The notes beneath the pieces are model-generated. The model made no database searches. It worked only from the letters and a program-made list of their open reading frames with translations, and was not told where the DNA came from. DNA of 64,000 bases from Octopus sinensis (lineage: Eukaryota): positions 43,586,001-43,650,000 of the forward strand of contig NC_043006.1 of NCBI RefSeq assembly GCF_006345805.1, written 5' to 3'. A program made the translations under genes and the position numbers. This document shows positions 25,285 through 37,604 of the stretch, one piece after another; position 1 is the stretch's first letter, and each line of letters begins with the position of its first letter.

Positions 25285-26082
25285 ACACAAACTTACGCAC
25301 ATGTATGTGTGTAGTTTTGCATCTGTATTACCACAAAACTGTACTTTATCGTCTTAAGAAAAGAGAGACACATTGGCCAATTTAGTAGGAGATGGAAAAG
25401 AATAACAGAAAACACAGTAAGGTCTCAGCTGGAATTCTTTGCATCACAAATCTACCCAAACTCGTTATAGATGGCCTGGGGCTAAATGCATGGGACAATA
25501 GCAACAATCATCACCATCATTACTGCAATCATCATCATCATCACTATCATCAATATCAACATCATTATTACCACTATCACCACCAGCATCTTCAAGACTG
25601 CTGTTATCAATTTGACATCAGCAATTCCTCAACTATTTTCCTTTATCGACTAATTTGAGTTTCATTAGAAGCTGGTTACAAATTTAAAAAAAAAATCGTG
25701 TGTGTGTGTGTGTGCATGCACATGTGTGTACACAAGCATGCAGACGCACACAGATTACTGAGCTATAGAGAATTCTCCCTCTGCTACTTCCAAATTTAAT
25801 TCCTACCACCTCCAAAATTAATTTATCAATTGTTCAGCTTGGGGAGGAGACTCCAGTCGAGGACAGCATGGAATTCAGAGATAGAGGGTTAGTGGTGGTG
25901 GGTTCCTGGGGCTGGGACGGAGTGCAGAATGATTGAAAAGTAACAATTAGAAATTGAGTCATGCACCTTAATGTAATACACACACATACATACACACACA
26001 CACACATACATACATACCCAATGGTATATACAGACACGGGAGAATACAATACACACACTTGCCTGTATGAATACATACACTG

Positions 26083-26134
<52 letters not shown>

Positions 26135-27450
26135 CGCTGAAGACAAACAGAATATACAGAAAAACACACACATGCATTTATGCACATGTGCACATACATA
26201 CACATTATCACAAAGACGCATTTACAAAACTTCACACACACACACACGCACAAAACTACACATACACACACACACACACACATAAATAAAGCACACAAAA
26301 AGAACAAAAAGATATTTGCAGATTCACACACACACACACACACACACAATGAGAGCAGGAAAGGGTTACACCCCCGCTCCATACCCCTACATTAACTAGG
26401 GAGGAAATTGAAAACTGTAAACAATAGTAAAAGACTTGCTCAACAGTTAAGAGCAAATGGTGGAATGAGGTAGGGGGGGGCAGGTGCGTGAGGAGGGAGT
26501 AGGTGTTGACAGGTGGGGGCGGGAGAAGGGAAGTTGATGACAGACTGATATGATAATGGATGTGATGTTGGAGCATGGGGTGGGGCTGTCTGGGAGCAGA
26601 GGGTTGGGGGGGGAGTGGGGAAATGACATTCCTTGGAACTGGTGGAAGGTCTGTGGCTGAATCACAATAAAATAACAAATCATTTCAGCTGGGCAAAAGA
26701 TCTTTAAGGTTTATACAGCAATTGGATGAAATCCTTGATTTTTCATTTTGCTGTCCCCAAATACATGTCCCCAAATAGTTGGTGATGTAATTTTATTTTG
26801 TTTTAACTTCCTTCTCTCCTTCCATGCCCATCAGCTCGGATCAAATAGAGCAAAGGTATACGTAGGGAGTTGATTGAATACCCAGGAGTGAACCACTTAG
26901 CAATGGAATTTACATTTATTTGCACATGGTGCATTGTGATCTACAGTAGTTAAGAAGCTTGGTTCCCAACCATGTCGTCTTGAGTTCAATCCCCATAGCC
27001 TTCTTAGTAGAATGATTGAAAGATGGAAACTGAAAGAAGCCAATCGTGTGTGTGTATGTGTGTGTGATCTTTTATCATTTATTTGTTCCAGTCATTAGAC
27101 TGTGGCCATGCTGGAGTACTGCCTTGAAGGGTTTTAGTCAAACAAATTGACCCCAGTAATTATTCTATTCATCTCTTTTGATGAACCACTATGTTACGGG
27201 TACATAAGCACATCAACACTGGTTGTGAAGCAGTGATCGGGTGACAAACACAAAGACGCACGCACAGATACATACATACATACATACATACAGACGTACA
27301 TAGATACATGTATATATATATATATATATAGTCGCCACTCTGTTTACTATTGCCTAGATTCTTCGCGGCGCGCCCGCCCTACCCACCCCCACCACCACCA
27401 ATACCGGATATCTCTATTTTGCTCCAACTATACCGGATGTCGTTTCTCCC

Positions 27451-27921
27451 ACCACCATTATAGGTGTCTACTCTTTGAACCCCCCTCTTCAATACGCTAT
27501 TTCACCATGCATTACCCCTCTCTCGATATCCTACGTTCTACTTGTCTAGAACCTGTCCTCTGAACCACCCCTCCCACTGGTGCTCCCCTATATTTCTGCA
27601 CCCCCCACCACCACCATTATAGGTGTCTACTCTTTGAACCCCCCTCTTCAATACGCTATTTCACCATGCATTACCCCTCTCTCGATATCCTACGTTCTAC
27701 TTGCCTAGAACCTGTCCTCAGAACCACCCCTCCCACTGGTGCTCCCCTATATTTCTGCACCCCCCACCACCATTATAGATGTCTACTCTTTGAACCACCC
27801 TCTTCAATATGCTATTTCACCATGCATTACCCCTCTCTCGATTTCCTACGTTCTACTTGCCTAGAACCTGTCCTCTGAACCACCCCTCCCACTGGTGCTC
27901 CCCTATATTCTGCACCCCCCC
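27451..27921. repeat. GC-richer minisatellite, 3 x about 156 bp
   Basis: Unit accaccattataggtgtctactctttgaaccccctcttcaatacgc...gctcccctatatttctgcaccccc starts at 27451, 27610 and 27766. Copies differ by only a few substitutions. Confidence 0.95.
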
Positions 27922-28169
27922 CATAAAAAGCACCATCCGAACGTGGCCGATGCCAGACCCCTCTGGCACCTGTGCAGGTGGCACGTAAAAAACACCCACT
28001 ACACTCGCGGAGTGGTTGGCGTTAGGAAGGGCATCCAGCTGTAGAAACACTGCCAGACTAGACTGGAGCCTGGGGCAGTCCCAAGCTCCCCAGACCCCGG
28101 TCGAAACCGTCCAACCCGTGCTAGCGCGGAAAACGGACGTTAAACGATGATGATGATGATGATGATGAT
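27922..28169 (+). mobile_element. Non-LTR 3' end / SINE with (GAT)n tail, RTE-type
   Basis: ...cacccactacactc...gagtggttggcgttaggaagggcatccagctgtagaaac...cggacgttaaacgatgatgatg. Related copies at about 35660-35790 (+), 55176-55366 (+), 39720-39945 (+), 48974-49165 (-), 11480-11740 (-), 46380-46650 (-), 56035-56170 (-). The RTE assignment is from recalled tail type. Confidence 0.7.
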
Positions 28170-28773
28170 ATACACACATATAAAATCACTAAAGTTGATG
28201 TCTGGTCATAGATATATGATATTCTCTTTTTTTTCTTTTTACTTGTTTTAGTTATTTGAATGTGGCCATGCTGGGGCACTGCCTTTAGTTGAACAAATCA
28301 ACCCCAGGACTTATTCTTTGTAAACCTTAGTACTTATTCTATCAGTCACAGTTGCTAAACTGCTAAGTTACGGGGACATAAGCACATCAACAACGGTGTC
28401 AAGCGATAGTGGAAGGACAGTGACAGACACACAAGTACACACATACACATATATATATATCGCAAATGAAAAACAGAAGATGGAATATATGAGAACTTAT
28501 AATAAATCATGACAATTGTTCCAACACATCTAGCATCGATTCCTCTTGGGTGAGACACTCAACAACTGGTTCAGGAGCATCAGGTGGTGCAGATGTATCT
28601 TGGCAAGTGATAAATAAATACAACTCATTAAAACGACTGTTCCACAATGTAACTTTCCATTTTGTAAAGAGAAAAGCAGCCAGATGGAGGAAATATCTTC
28701 ATATATATTGAAGATCAAAAATAAAATCAAAGATGACAAAAAGAGAAATGAACATGCAATCCAGCAAGAAAAG

Positions 28774-28784
<11 letters not shown>

Positions 28785-28809
<25 letters not shown>

Positions 28810-29032
28810 ATAATATATATATATAAATAAATAAATATATGTATATCTATATATAAATAAATATATATATTATATATATATATAAATAAATAAATATATA
28901 TATATCTATATATAATAAATAAATATATATATATATATATATATATCTATATATAATAAATAAATAATATATATATATATATATATCTATATATAAATAA
29001 ATAAATATATATATATATATATCTATATATAA

Positions 29033-29092
<60 letters not shown>

Positions 29093-29205
29093 TAAATATA
29101 TATATATATATATATATCTATATATAAATAAATATATCTATATATAAATAATATATCTATATATAATAAATATATATATATAATGACTGAAACAAATAAA
29201 AGAGC
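28785..29205. repeat. Almost pure A/T compound satellite
   Basis: Recurring (TA)n-TCTATATATA-AATAAATAAA blocks with very few C or G over about 420 bp. Confidence 0.9.
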
Positions 29206-29637
29206 AAAAGAGTATATATATTTAAACTGAATTGTACTTGGGCATAGCAATTTTAATTTTTAAAGAAATGTTCCAAACTTTTGGCCATCAGTGTATAGTG
29301 TGAAGTTTTCCCAAATGCATTTGTAGTATGACAACTGATTAGAATTAGTTCAATTGGTTCACAGCATGTTAAAAATAGTAAAATTGTAGTGTACAGTCTA
29401 TGGTTCACCGTAGTGTACAGTCTATGGTTCATCATTCACTCATTCGTTTAAAATCCATTTAACATCAACTTAGCATGACTTTTTTTCCCCTAGTCATCTT
29501 GTCGTCAACTCTTACCGGTTTTATAAGTAAGGAATTTTTTTTTCTTTTCACTCCATAGGTCTTCAAATGGGTAGAGACATCAGTCATGATATATTATTTA
29601 CATTCGATGGATATTTGTCCTCATCTTCTTTGCTGTT

Positions 29638-29683
29638 AACACAACGTTTCGGTTGATATACCCTCCAGCCTTCTTCAAGTGTC
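29638..29683 (-). ncRNA. Minimal type-I hammerhead motif, mutated copy
   Basis: Minus strand reads GACAC-TTGAAGA-A-GGCTG-gagggtatat-CAACC-GAAAC-GTT-GTGTT: same scaffold as 29928-29973 but with core C3>U and a helix II mismatch. Confidence 0.65.
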
Positions 29684-29843
29684 TTGGGGAAATTTTGAAC
29701 CTGGGTTCTCATTCGTAAGGTATTTTTTGATGTTATTATCATTATTATTATTATTGTTAGTTTTCAGGTCACTGCTTGGAATCGAACTCGGAATCTTGGG
29801 GTTAGTAGCCGCACTCTTAACCACTACGCCATATGGTGTAGTG

Positions 29844-29880
<37 letters not shown>

Positions 29881-29927
29881 TTGAAAAATACCTTAGGAAT
29901 GAGAACCCAGGTTCGAAATTTCCCCAA

Positions 29928-29973
29928 GACACCTGATGAAGGCTGGAGGGTATATCAGCTGAAACGTTGTGTT
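29928..29973 (+). ncRNA. Minimal type-I hammerhead ribozyme motif (Penelope-like element type), core intact
   Basis: GACAC-CTGATGA-A-GGCTG-gagggtatat-CAGCT-GAAAC-GTT-GTGTT. Helix I GACAC/GTGTT, core CUGAUGA, helix II GGCUG/CAGCU (G-U closing pair), GAAA, palindromic AACGTT in place of helix III. Activity untested. Confidence 0.75.
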
Positions 29974-30387
29974 AACACTAAACAAGATGAGGACAAATAT
30001 CCGTTGAATGTAAATACAGTACATAATTCCTCATCTCTTAAATATAGAACTGTATCAGTCATGATGTTCAGAAGGAATAATGAATGGTGTAAACATCATT
30101 ATACCACTTTGCTCGAGCAAAATCATGGGATGTCAACCTTCACACTCATATGCACACACATACAGGGCTTCCTACAGTTTCACTCTACCGAATTCACTTG
30201 GTCAACTCCAGGCTATAGGAGAAAACACTTCCACAAAGAGCTGTGCAATGGGACTGAACTTGGAATCAAGTAGTTGCAAGGTGAACTTCTTAACCACTCA
30301 GCCACATCTGTGCTGCTTTTTGCTTTATTTTTTTTTGTTTGTTTTTTGTTTTTGCTTTTCTCAGTCATTAGGCTGAGGTCATACTTT

Positions 30388-30798
30388 CTCTTTACTCTTT
30401 TACTTGTTTCAGTCATTTGACTGTGGCCATGCTGGAGCATCGCCTTTAGTTGAGCAAATCAATGCCAGGACTTATTCTTTGTAAGTCTAGTACTTATTCT
30501 ATCATTCTCTTTTGCTGAACCACTAGGTTACGGGGACGTAAACACACCAGCGTCAGTTGTCAAGCAATGTTGGGGAGACAAACACAGACACATAAACATA
30601 TAAAAACACATAAATATATATATGTATACATATATATGACGGGCTTCTTTCAGTTTCCATCTACCAAATCCACTCATAAGGCATTGGTCGGCCCGAGGCT
30701 ATAGCAAAAGACACTTGCCCAAGGTGCCATGCAGTGGGACTGAACCTGGAACCGTGTGGTTGGTAAGCAAGCTACTTACCACACAGCCACTCCTGCGC
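30388..30798 (-). mobile_element. SINE family A, full-length, close to consensus
   Basis: tttacttgtttcagtcatttgactgtggcc...cttaccacacagccactcctgcgcc. Confidence 0.88.
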
Positions 30799-32371
30799 CA
30801 ATGCTGGAGTACTGCCTTGAAGAAATTTAGCGGAATGAATTGACCCCAGGGGATGTTTTAAGCCTGTACTTATGCTATTAGGGTTGTCAAGTGGTGATGT
30901 GGGACAAATATAAAGACACACACACACACACACATGTGAAATCAGTGGAAAATAAGAGAACTGTGAAGTCACCAAAGAATAATAACAAAATAAAAAGGAA
31001 GAAAAAGAACCCCAACAAAATGAAAAAACAAAAAGCTGCATGTCAGTACTGTTAACATTCCTTCGCAGCAGATAGGAGGATGATCTCTCTCTCACAGAGA
31101 TGTCAAAGGCATGTCAAATTCTCATGGAATCAAAGCACTGAGAAACAGCCCTGCAGACCACCCCACTACCAACCTTCTTCTCCACTCACCCCCACATCCC
31201 CACCAACCACTCACTCTGAGATAATGAGTCAGATTTTCTTTTAATTGAAGCATCTTTATTGCTAAAGTGTCCTGATGGTTTAAAGTTCAAGTATGAGAGT
31301 AAAAGAGTTCCTTTAAGTGAAAATAAACGAAGGAAAGAAGAACAAAAAAACAAACACTAACTCGATAAACTAATAAACTAACCTGGCAAGCAAGTACCTC
31401 CATTCTTGCTCCCACACTGCAGTTCTCCCCCCCCTCCGCCCCACTCCACCTCACCCCCAGACTAATGGTTCACTCAACATGTAACAGCAGTTGGGTCATA
31501 CACTTAAAAACAGTGATTACACTGTTTCGACATTGTCTTTAATAGGCTCAAGTACAACCAACGTCAGACCTTTACCACATACCGATATCACTGCAATATG
31601 CCTGTAACAATAATCTTCATTTCAACAGAGAGAGAGAGAGAGAGACACAGATAGACAGACAGAGGGAGAGAGAGAAGGGGTGGTGGTAGGGAGAGAACAA
31701 CTGAGAGTTCCCACTGCTAATTGGAGAAATTTAAAGTTTGCACCATCCCCAACACACACACACACACACAACACACACACACACACATCAAGAACCAGAA
31801 AAGAAAAAGCTGTGACAGATGAAAGAGAAATCAAACAATGCAAATCTTTACATATAAACCAAACATGAAGGCGCAAACAGCTATTTTATATGTTGGCGGG
31901 GTGGGGCATGGAAGCTAACTTTGCAACAATGAGGAACTTAGGGCGTCTTTTGCTATAGCCCCAGGCCAACCAGAGCCTTGTGAGTGAATTTGAGAGATGG
32001 AAACCGCATTGAACCCCCACCACCACCATCACTACTTGACTACTAGTGTTGGTTTGTTTATACCCCCCCTACTAAGTGGTTCCGCAAAAGAGACCAACAG
32101 AATAAGAACCTGACTTTAAAAAAAAAATAAATAAAGAGACTGGGGTCAATTTGCTCGAATAAAACCCTTCAAGTTGGTGCCCAGAATGGTCACAGTCCTA
32201 TCACTGAAACAAATGAAAAATGAAAAGATAGTCCCCCTGAATCTCATTTTGGATTTAACTAAAAGCTTATTTATTAGGTAAATTCCCATTTTTGCTTGGT
32301 TGATTTATTTGACTAAAACCTAAACCCTTCAAGACTGTAATTCAATGACTGTAACAAGTATGTGTGTGTGA

Positions 32372-32416
<45 letters not shown>

Positions 32417-32924
32417 AAGTTATGTATATATAAAACCCTTAACTATTGGAATGAAACATCCTAAGTTGTTGATTTATGACCCCAAGTCAACCTTGATCCA
32501 GCAGGACTCAAAGATGTTCCAGCTGTAACCTTCCTATTTATTACAAAAGACATGGTGTATCTAAGTCTATTATTACCTAATGTGATTACACTGTTATTTG
32601 TAGCTGGTTGAAGAGGCTGATATCAGACTTGATATCATTATATCCTTTAGATATGACATCAAGGTGGATTGTTGTTGGGTTCCATTCATAAGCAACTTGT
32701 TTAAGCTAAAGGTTACATTGAAAATGATTGGTGATACCCATCCACAAACAGGAAGTGGTTGTGGTATTGGTGGTGGTGGAGGTGAGGTATTTCAGGATAT
32801 AAATGCATTCAAATATGAAGGTTTCATAAAATGGCTAAGATGTAGAGTAATGGTTTACATGTTCACCCATATAGAAGTGGATGGATTTTTGCAGGTAACT
32901 TATCTTTCTTACCTGCCCACTCAC

Positions 32925-32989
<65 letters not shown>

Positions 32990-33070
32990 AACCCAACTAT
33001 CTATCTATCTATCTATCTATCAACCCAACTATCTATCTATCAATCCAACTATCTATCTATCTATCTATCT
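32925..33070. repeat. (TCTA)n microsatellite (similar tract at about 61210-61360 followed by (TAAA)n)
   Basis: Visible directly in the sequence. Confidence 0.92.
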
Positions 33071-33136
33071 ATTCATCCATCTGTCTGTCTGTCTATCTAC
33101 CCATTTATGTATCTGTCCATTTACCTATCTGTCTAC

Positions 33137-33179
<43 letters not shown>

Positions 33180-35177
33180 TATCCATCCAAGTGTGGATGC
33201 ATGCATTTTTTCAGTGCTCCAGTAAGGAAAGTAGTGGTTATAATTCGAAAAGAGTGAGAGTAAAAGAGATAAATGTGATTAGTATATAACACACACACAC
33301 ATACATATAAAAAAACCCCCACATAAATGCACGCACACACACACACACACACAATTTAGACGTAGGCTGAAAATTGAATCAACTAGATTTATACCAACCG
33401 TACAGGTAATGCATCACCTATAGTTGCCTTTCTCAACCGAATGCTCATGTGGATGCACTAATGGTTCATGCTTGCCATTCATATTAATAAATATACAAAA
33501 AAAAAAAAGAAGTTCTAAAAATAATACACGTTCTCTCCCCACACATTCTCTCTATCTCTCTATCATGTATGTGCATGTATATAGGGTAGAGAGAGGGGGT
33601 AGAAAGAGAGACGGTGAAAGAGACGGTGACTGAGAGAGAACTGTCTACTGCATCATTTGCCATAAAATTTAGTAGCTAGAATCATTTGTCATAAAACTAA
33701 GTACATTAAAGCCCAGATGTCTACCATAAAAGTTATGGCAGTAAAAAGAATACACACACATACAGTTGCATGTATACACATGCATACTCACACACACACA
33801 CACACACACATACATGAGATTAATAGACTATGAAACACTGACTAAAAGCTAATAGGAATGCACTAAAGGCAAACCATATCTAATCAGTAACCAAAATTTG
33901 TATTCTGTTTTGTACACAGACTCTGGCCCTTGATAACTTATAACCTGCGATGTGACAGAGAAGACATGTTCTATGTCTATCAAGTAATAGATGTGTAACT
34001 GAAGAGCAGAGTTTTTTTTTTTGTTTTTGTTTTTTTTTTGCTTTTTTTTTTGGTGTTTTTATTTTTATTTTTGAAGGTGGAGTTGATGGTGGTGGTGGTG
34101 GGGGGGGGATTTCTGAATGGAAGAAATCATGCATAGATAAGAGCAGTGTTAAAAATAGCTGACCGAAAAGAAAACACAAAAAGAAATCCGACTACCGACT
34201 ACCGAGAGAGAGATATTGCGACAAGGTAAATTCATAGGTTATGGAAATTTCTCCGAGAATTAGCAGTATTAAGAAAGAAACAAACATCGGCACAGTGGAC
34301 GGAGGTGGTACGATGGGGTGAGGATGAGGAGGATGATGAGAATGATGAGAATTATGGTGGTGGTGGTGGCAGCGGTCGTCGTCGTCGTCATTGTCGTGTC
34401 ATCTAGCATATTTGGAATGGATCAAGCAGTTGACATGTTCAGCAAGCTCCACGTCATTGCCAGATTCCAATTAATAATCCAGTTTGAACAGTTGTGTTTG
34501 ACTGTACTCTGCACATATGCAACACATGTTTATTTGAGGGTGAGAGAGAGAGAGAGAGAGAGAGGGCAAGAAAGAGAGGTTGGGGTGGTAGCGCATGTAA
34601 CATAATGTCCAAAAGTTCAAAATCCAAAATATGCACAACTGCAATGTCAGACTACTTTAATATGATTAACAGTTCAACAGTGGTACAATGAGGCTTCACT
34701 GTCAGAAAATGGTACTCATACATTTATTCCTCATGTCTTTATTTTCCCCAGAATAGAATTAAATTTTGACAGCTGTGCTCTCTAGTTATCTTCAGGGCTA
34801 CATTGAAATACATTGTTATAATGGACAATAAGATTAAAGCCCAATTTCTATTAAGTCTTTCATTGAACAAGTACCAATTTTCTTGGATATCCAGCTCGGG
34901 AAATTCCTCTTTCCTCTCTACACACAACATCTATAACTGGTTATCTAAAATCTTTTACTTCCTAATAGCATTTATTATTTGGCCAAATATAAGAGTTTAG
35001 TAATTTTTTTTTTTTTTTTTTGGTTCCCTTCGATGCTGCTTGAATGACTGATTTTCATTGCAACCCGAAACGACTGGCCCAGAGCAATAAATACACAAGG
35101 GATGAAGTCACAGCAGAAGTAATTGTGGGCAGTAACAAGAGAGAAAATTTTGAATTATCTGAGAATTCTTTTCTTAA

Positions 35178-35397
35178 CCCTTTAACACTCAAATTACTCT
35201 GTCAAATACATTGCTTATTTATTTACATAGTTTTGAATTAATCATACATTATCTTGTAGCTTTGAGATTTCAGTGATGTGATTGTATATTTTTAGAATGA
35301 CATTGTCGGGTAGGAGTGAGATGCTGGATCTGGCCTGTTTGTGCATAAAACAAGGAGAATATTTGTGCCAGATATGGGCAGATTAAATGCTAACGGG
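35178..35397 (-). mobile_element. piggyBac-type MITE, about 220 bp (second copy)
   Basis: TTAA at 35174-35177 and 35398-35401. Imperfect TIRs of about 12 bp (ccctttaacact / rc cccgttagcatt). Reverse-complement similarity to 3446-3668. Confidence 0.75.
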
Positions 35398-37546
35398 TTA
35401 ACTCTTTCAAAATGGTGTGATAACATATAAGACTGAGACAAGACATACATTGGTGGGCATATAGGGGTTAATTTATTATTTCCATCCTAATGGGTACCCA
35501 TGGAAAATCCATAAGGGATAAATATTCAGTTTTGCAATAAATTACTTATGGCAAATTGCACCAAGTGGAATTAACTGAATAGAATACATGCTCCTCTTCA
35601 TCATTTAATTAATAATGAAATACACATTCATCCATATATATCATCAGAATTTACACATTGTAAAGTGGTTGGTGTTAGGAAAGGCATCCAGCTGTAGAAG
35701 CCACACCAAAGCAGACACCGGTGCATGATGTAGTCCTTGAGTCCACTGGACCCTGCCAAACTGTCCAACGCACACCAGCATGGTATGATACACACACACA
35801 CACACACACACGCACACACATAAATAAATACATATACATATACACAATTTATATGTAGTTTGAACTTATGTACTTTTCAACTCAAGTTTACCATGTTAGT
35901 GTTTACTTGCAGTAAAAGTATTGTAGCTGAGATAATGAAAAGACCTGTCATATCTCCAGAAATTGTGACAAACTAAAAGTATCACCAAAGCTGATTGCTT
36001 CTGATGTGGATGGGCAGAGACAGATTACATACCACTAATTATATTAATAGACAATTAATGGTAGTTTTTACTACAACAGAAGGGATTGCCTTCCAGCAAG
36101 TTAAATGCATAAATTAGATTTTTAATTCCCACTTGATATATTTATGCAACTAATGATTTTTTGAAAAAGCATCATTGCCACTAATTCCCATAACTCTTCG
36201 CTTTTTTTATAAAACATAGCTTGGTTGTGCTTAATCAAAAGAAAGCAACAACTTCACTTGTAATATGCTTGAGTAAACTTCAGGATGGCAGTGAAGATGG
36301 TGGTGAAGAAAATATGTCAAGAATATGTGCTGTGAACTATAAAAAAAGTTTGAGGAACTCTATTGAGACTAAAGAAAGAGACAGACTCCAGTGAAAATGT
36401 GATTCCTGTTCAAAAGAAAGATTGAGATGACAAGAACAATCTGATAATATGATATTCTGCAATATCATATCACATATATATCCTTTTAATGTAATTTTAT
36501 TAATAACCGGTGAAGATTACTGCAGATATTAATGTTAATAATTAAACACCACAGCTCAGTGGATGAGAGCAGGAGAATGCAAATTAAAATCAGATATCTC
36601 CACAATGTCATGAAAAATTCATTCCATATTTTACATTAACATTCCTTGAACGTCTGCTGTCAGTTAAGCCACATTGGTAAGATAGTCTCACTGAAGTATT
36701 TGCAAAGGTGACAGACAAGCAACCATAAATAAATGGTAAAGTGATGGGAGAGGGGGGGAGGGCATGCTTAGAAGTGAAATAAGAAAACTGTAGCCAATCA
36801 GATTATTATTAATTAGTAGATGTCAACAGATTTAACCAAAAGCAAGAATGATTTTTTTTTTTCTTTTTCTTTAAAACTAGCAAACAACACACACACCTGT
36901 CATCCTAGATATAATACAGTCAGATTTATTACTCATTTAATGATTTTTAGCAAATCTTTAGATGTATCTTATTTTGTAATAAAACTTCCAATTTTACTGT
37001 TAAGAGAAGATGGTTTAAAAGAAGGAAAAGAAATCCAAAATTCTGTGATTGGAAAATATCTACTGCCATAAATTTGAAGAATATTAATATTTGAGATGTT
37101 TTTGAAAGTCCCAGAAGGTTTATAGCCATAGTTGAATATAGATATACAATTTCTTTTTTTTTTTTATTGTTAATACTGTTAACTTATATATATTTGTAGA
37201 TATTTGCAAAGGACACAAAGATAATTACATCTAGACTTTATTTATAAAGAACCATAACAGTATTATTAAATTTAAACCTAACCCTACAAGGAATGGTATC
37301 TACCTGTAGGCAGAAGACCAATCAATAACAGGGAAAAGGCTTGTTTTTAGCTTAATGAAATGCACAGATAAGAGTGTGCTTACACACACACACACATACA
37401 CAAACACTAATAAACACATGCACATGTATGTATATACATTTATATATATATATATATATATATCAAAAGTTATCCACAATAGAATAGCAATGATAGTATT
37501 AAAACTTGTTTTAAAATAATAAATAATAAGGAGCTTCTGAATAACC

Positions 37547-37604
<58 letters not shown>

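Larger units (their letters stand above)
29595..30056. mobile_element. Head-to-head inverted pair of a tRNA-headed, hammerhead-bearing short retroelement
   Basis: Arms of about 165-250 bp (29595 inward and 30016 inward) are reverse complements. The minus copy has a Pol III A box (TGGCGTAGTGG, 29831-29821) and B box (GTTCGATTCC, 29787-29778). Both copies carry (AAT)n and a hammerhead motif. The junction is a near-perfect 28-bp palindrome at 29819-29846. Confidence 0.8.

Noticed and set aside
26460-26620. G-run cluster with G-quadruplex potential
   Set aside because: Similar G-rich or C-rich low-complexity patches occur throughout the window; nothing marks this one as functional.
27451-27921. 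CRISPR-like array
   Set aside because: The units are contiguous 156-bp repeats without unique spacers, and the context is eukaryotic.
29762-29833. Possible tRNA gene
   Set aside because: A and B boxes are present, but there is no acceptor stem or proper cloverleaf and it runs straight into a repeat body. It is a SINE-type head, as are those at about 15800 and 62850.
29675-29936. Twin ORFs MSWGNFEPGFSF... on both strands
   Set aside because: An artefact of the inverted repeat, but it pointed to the fold-back element.
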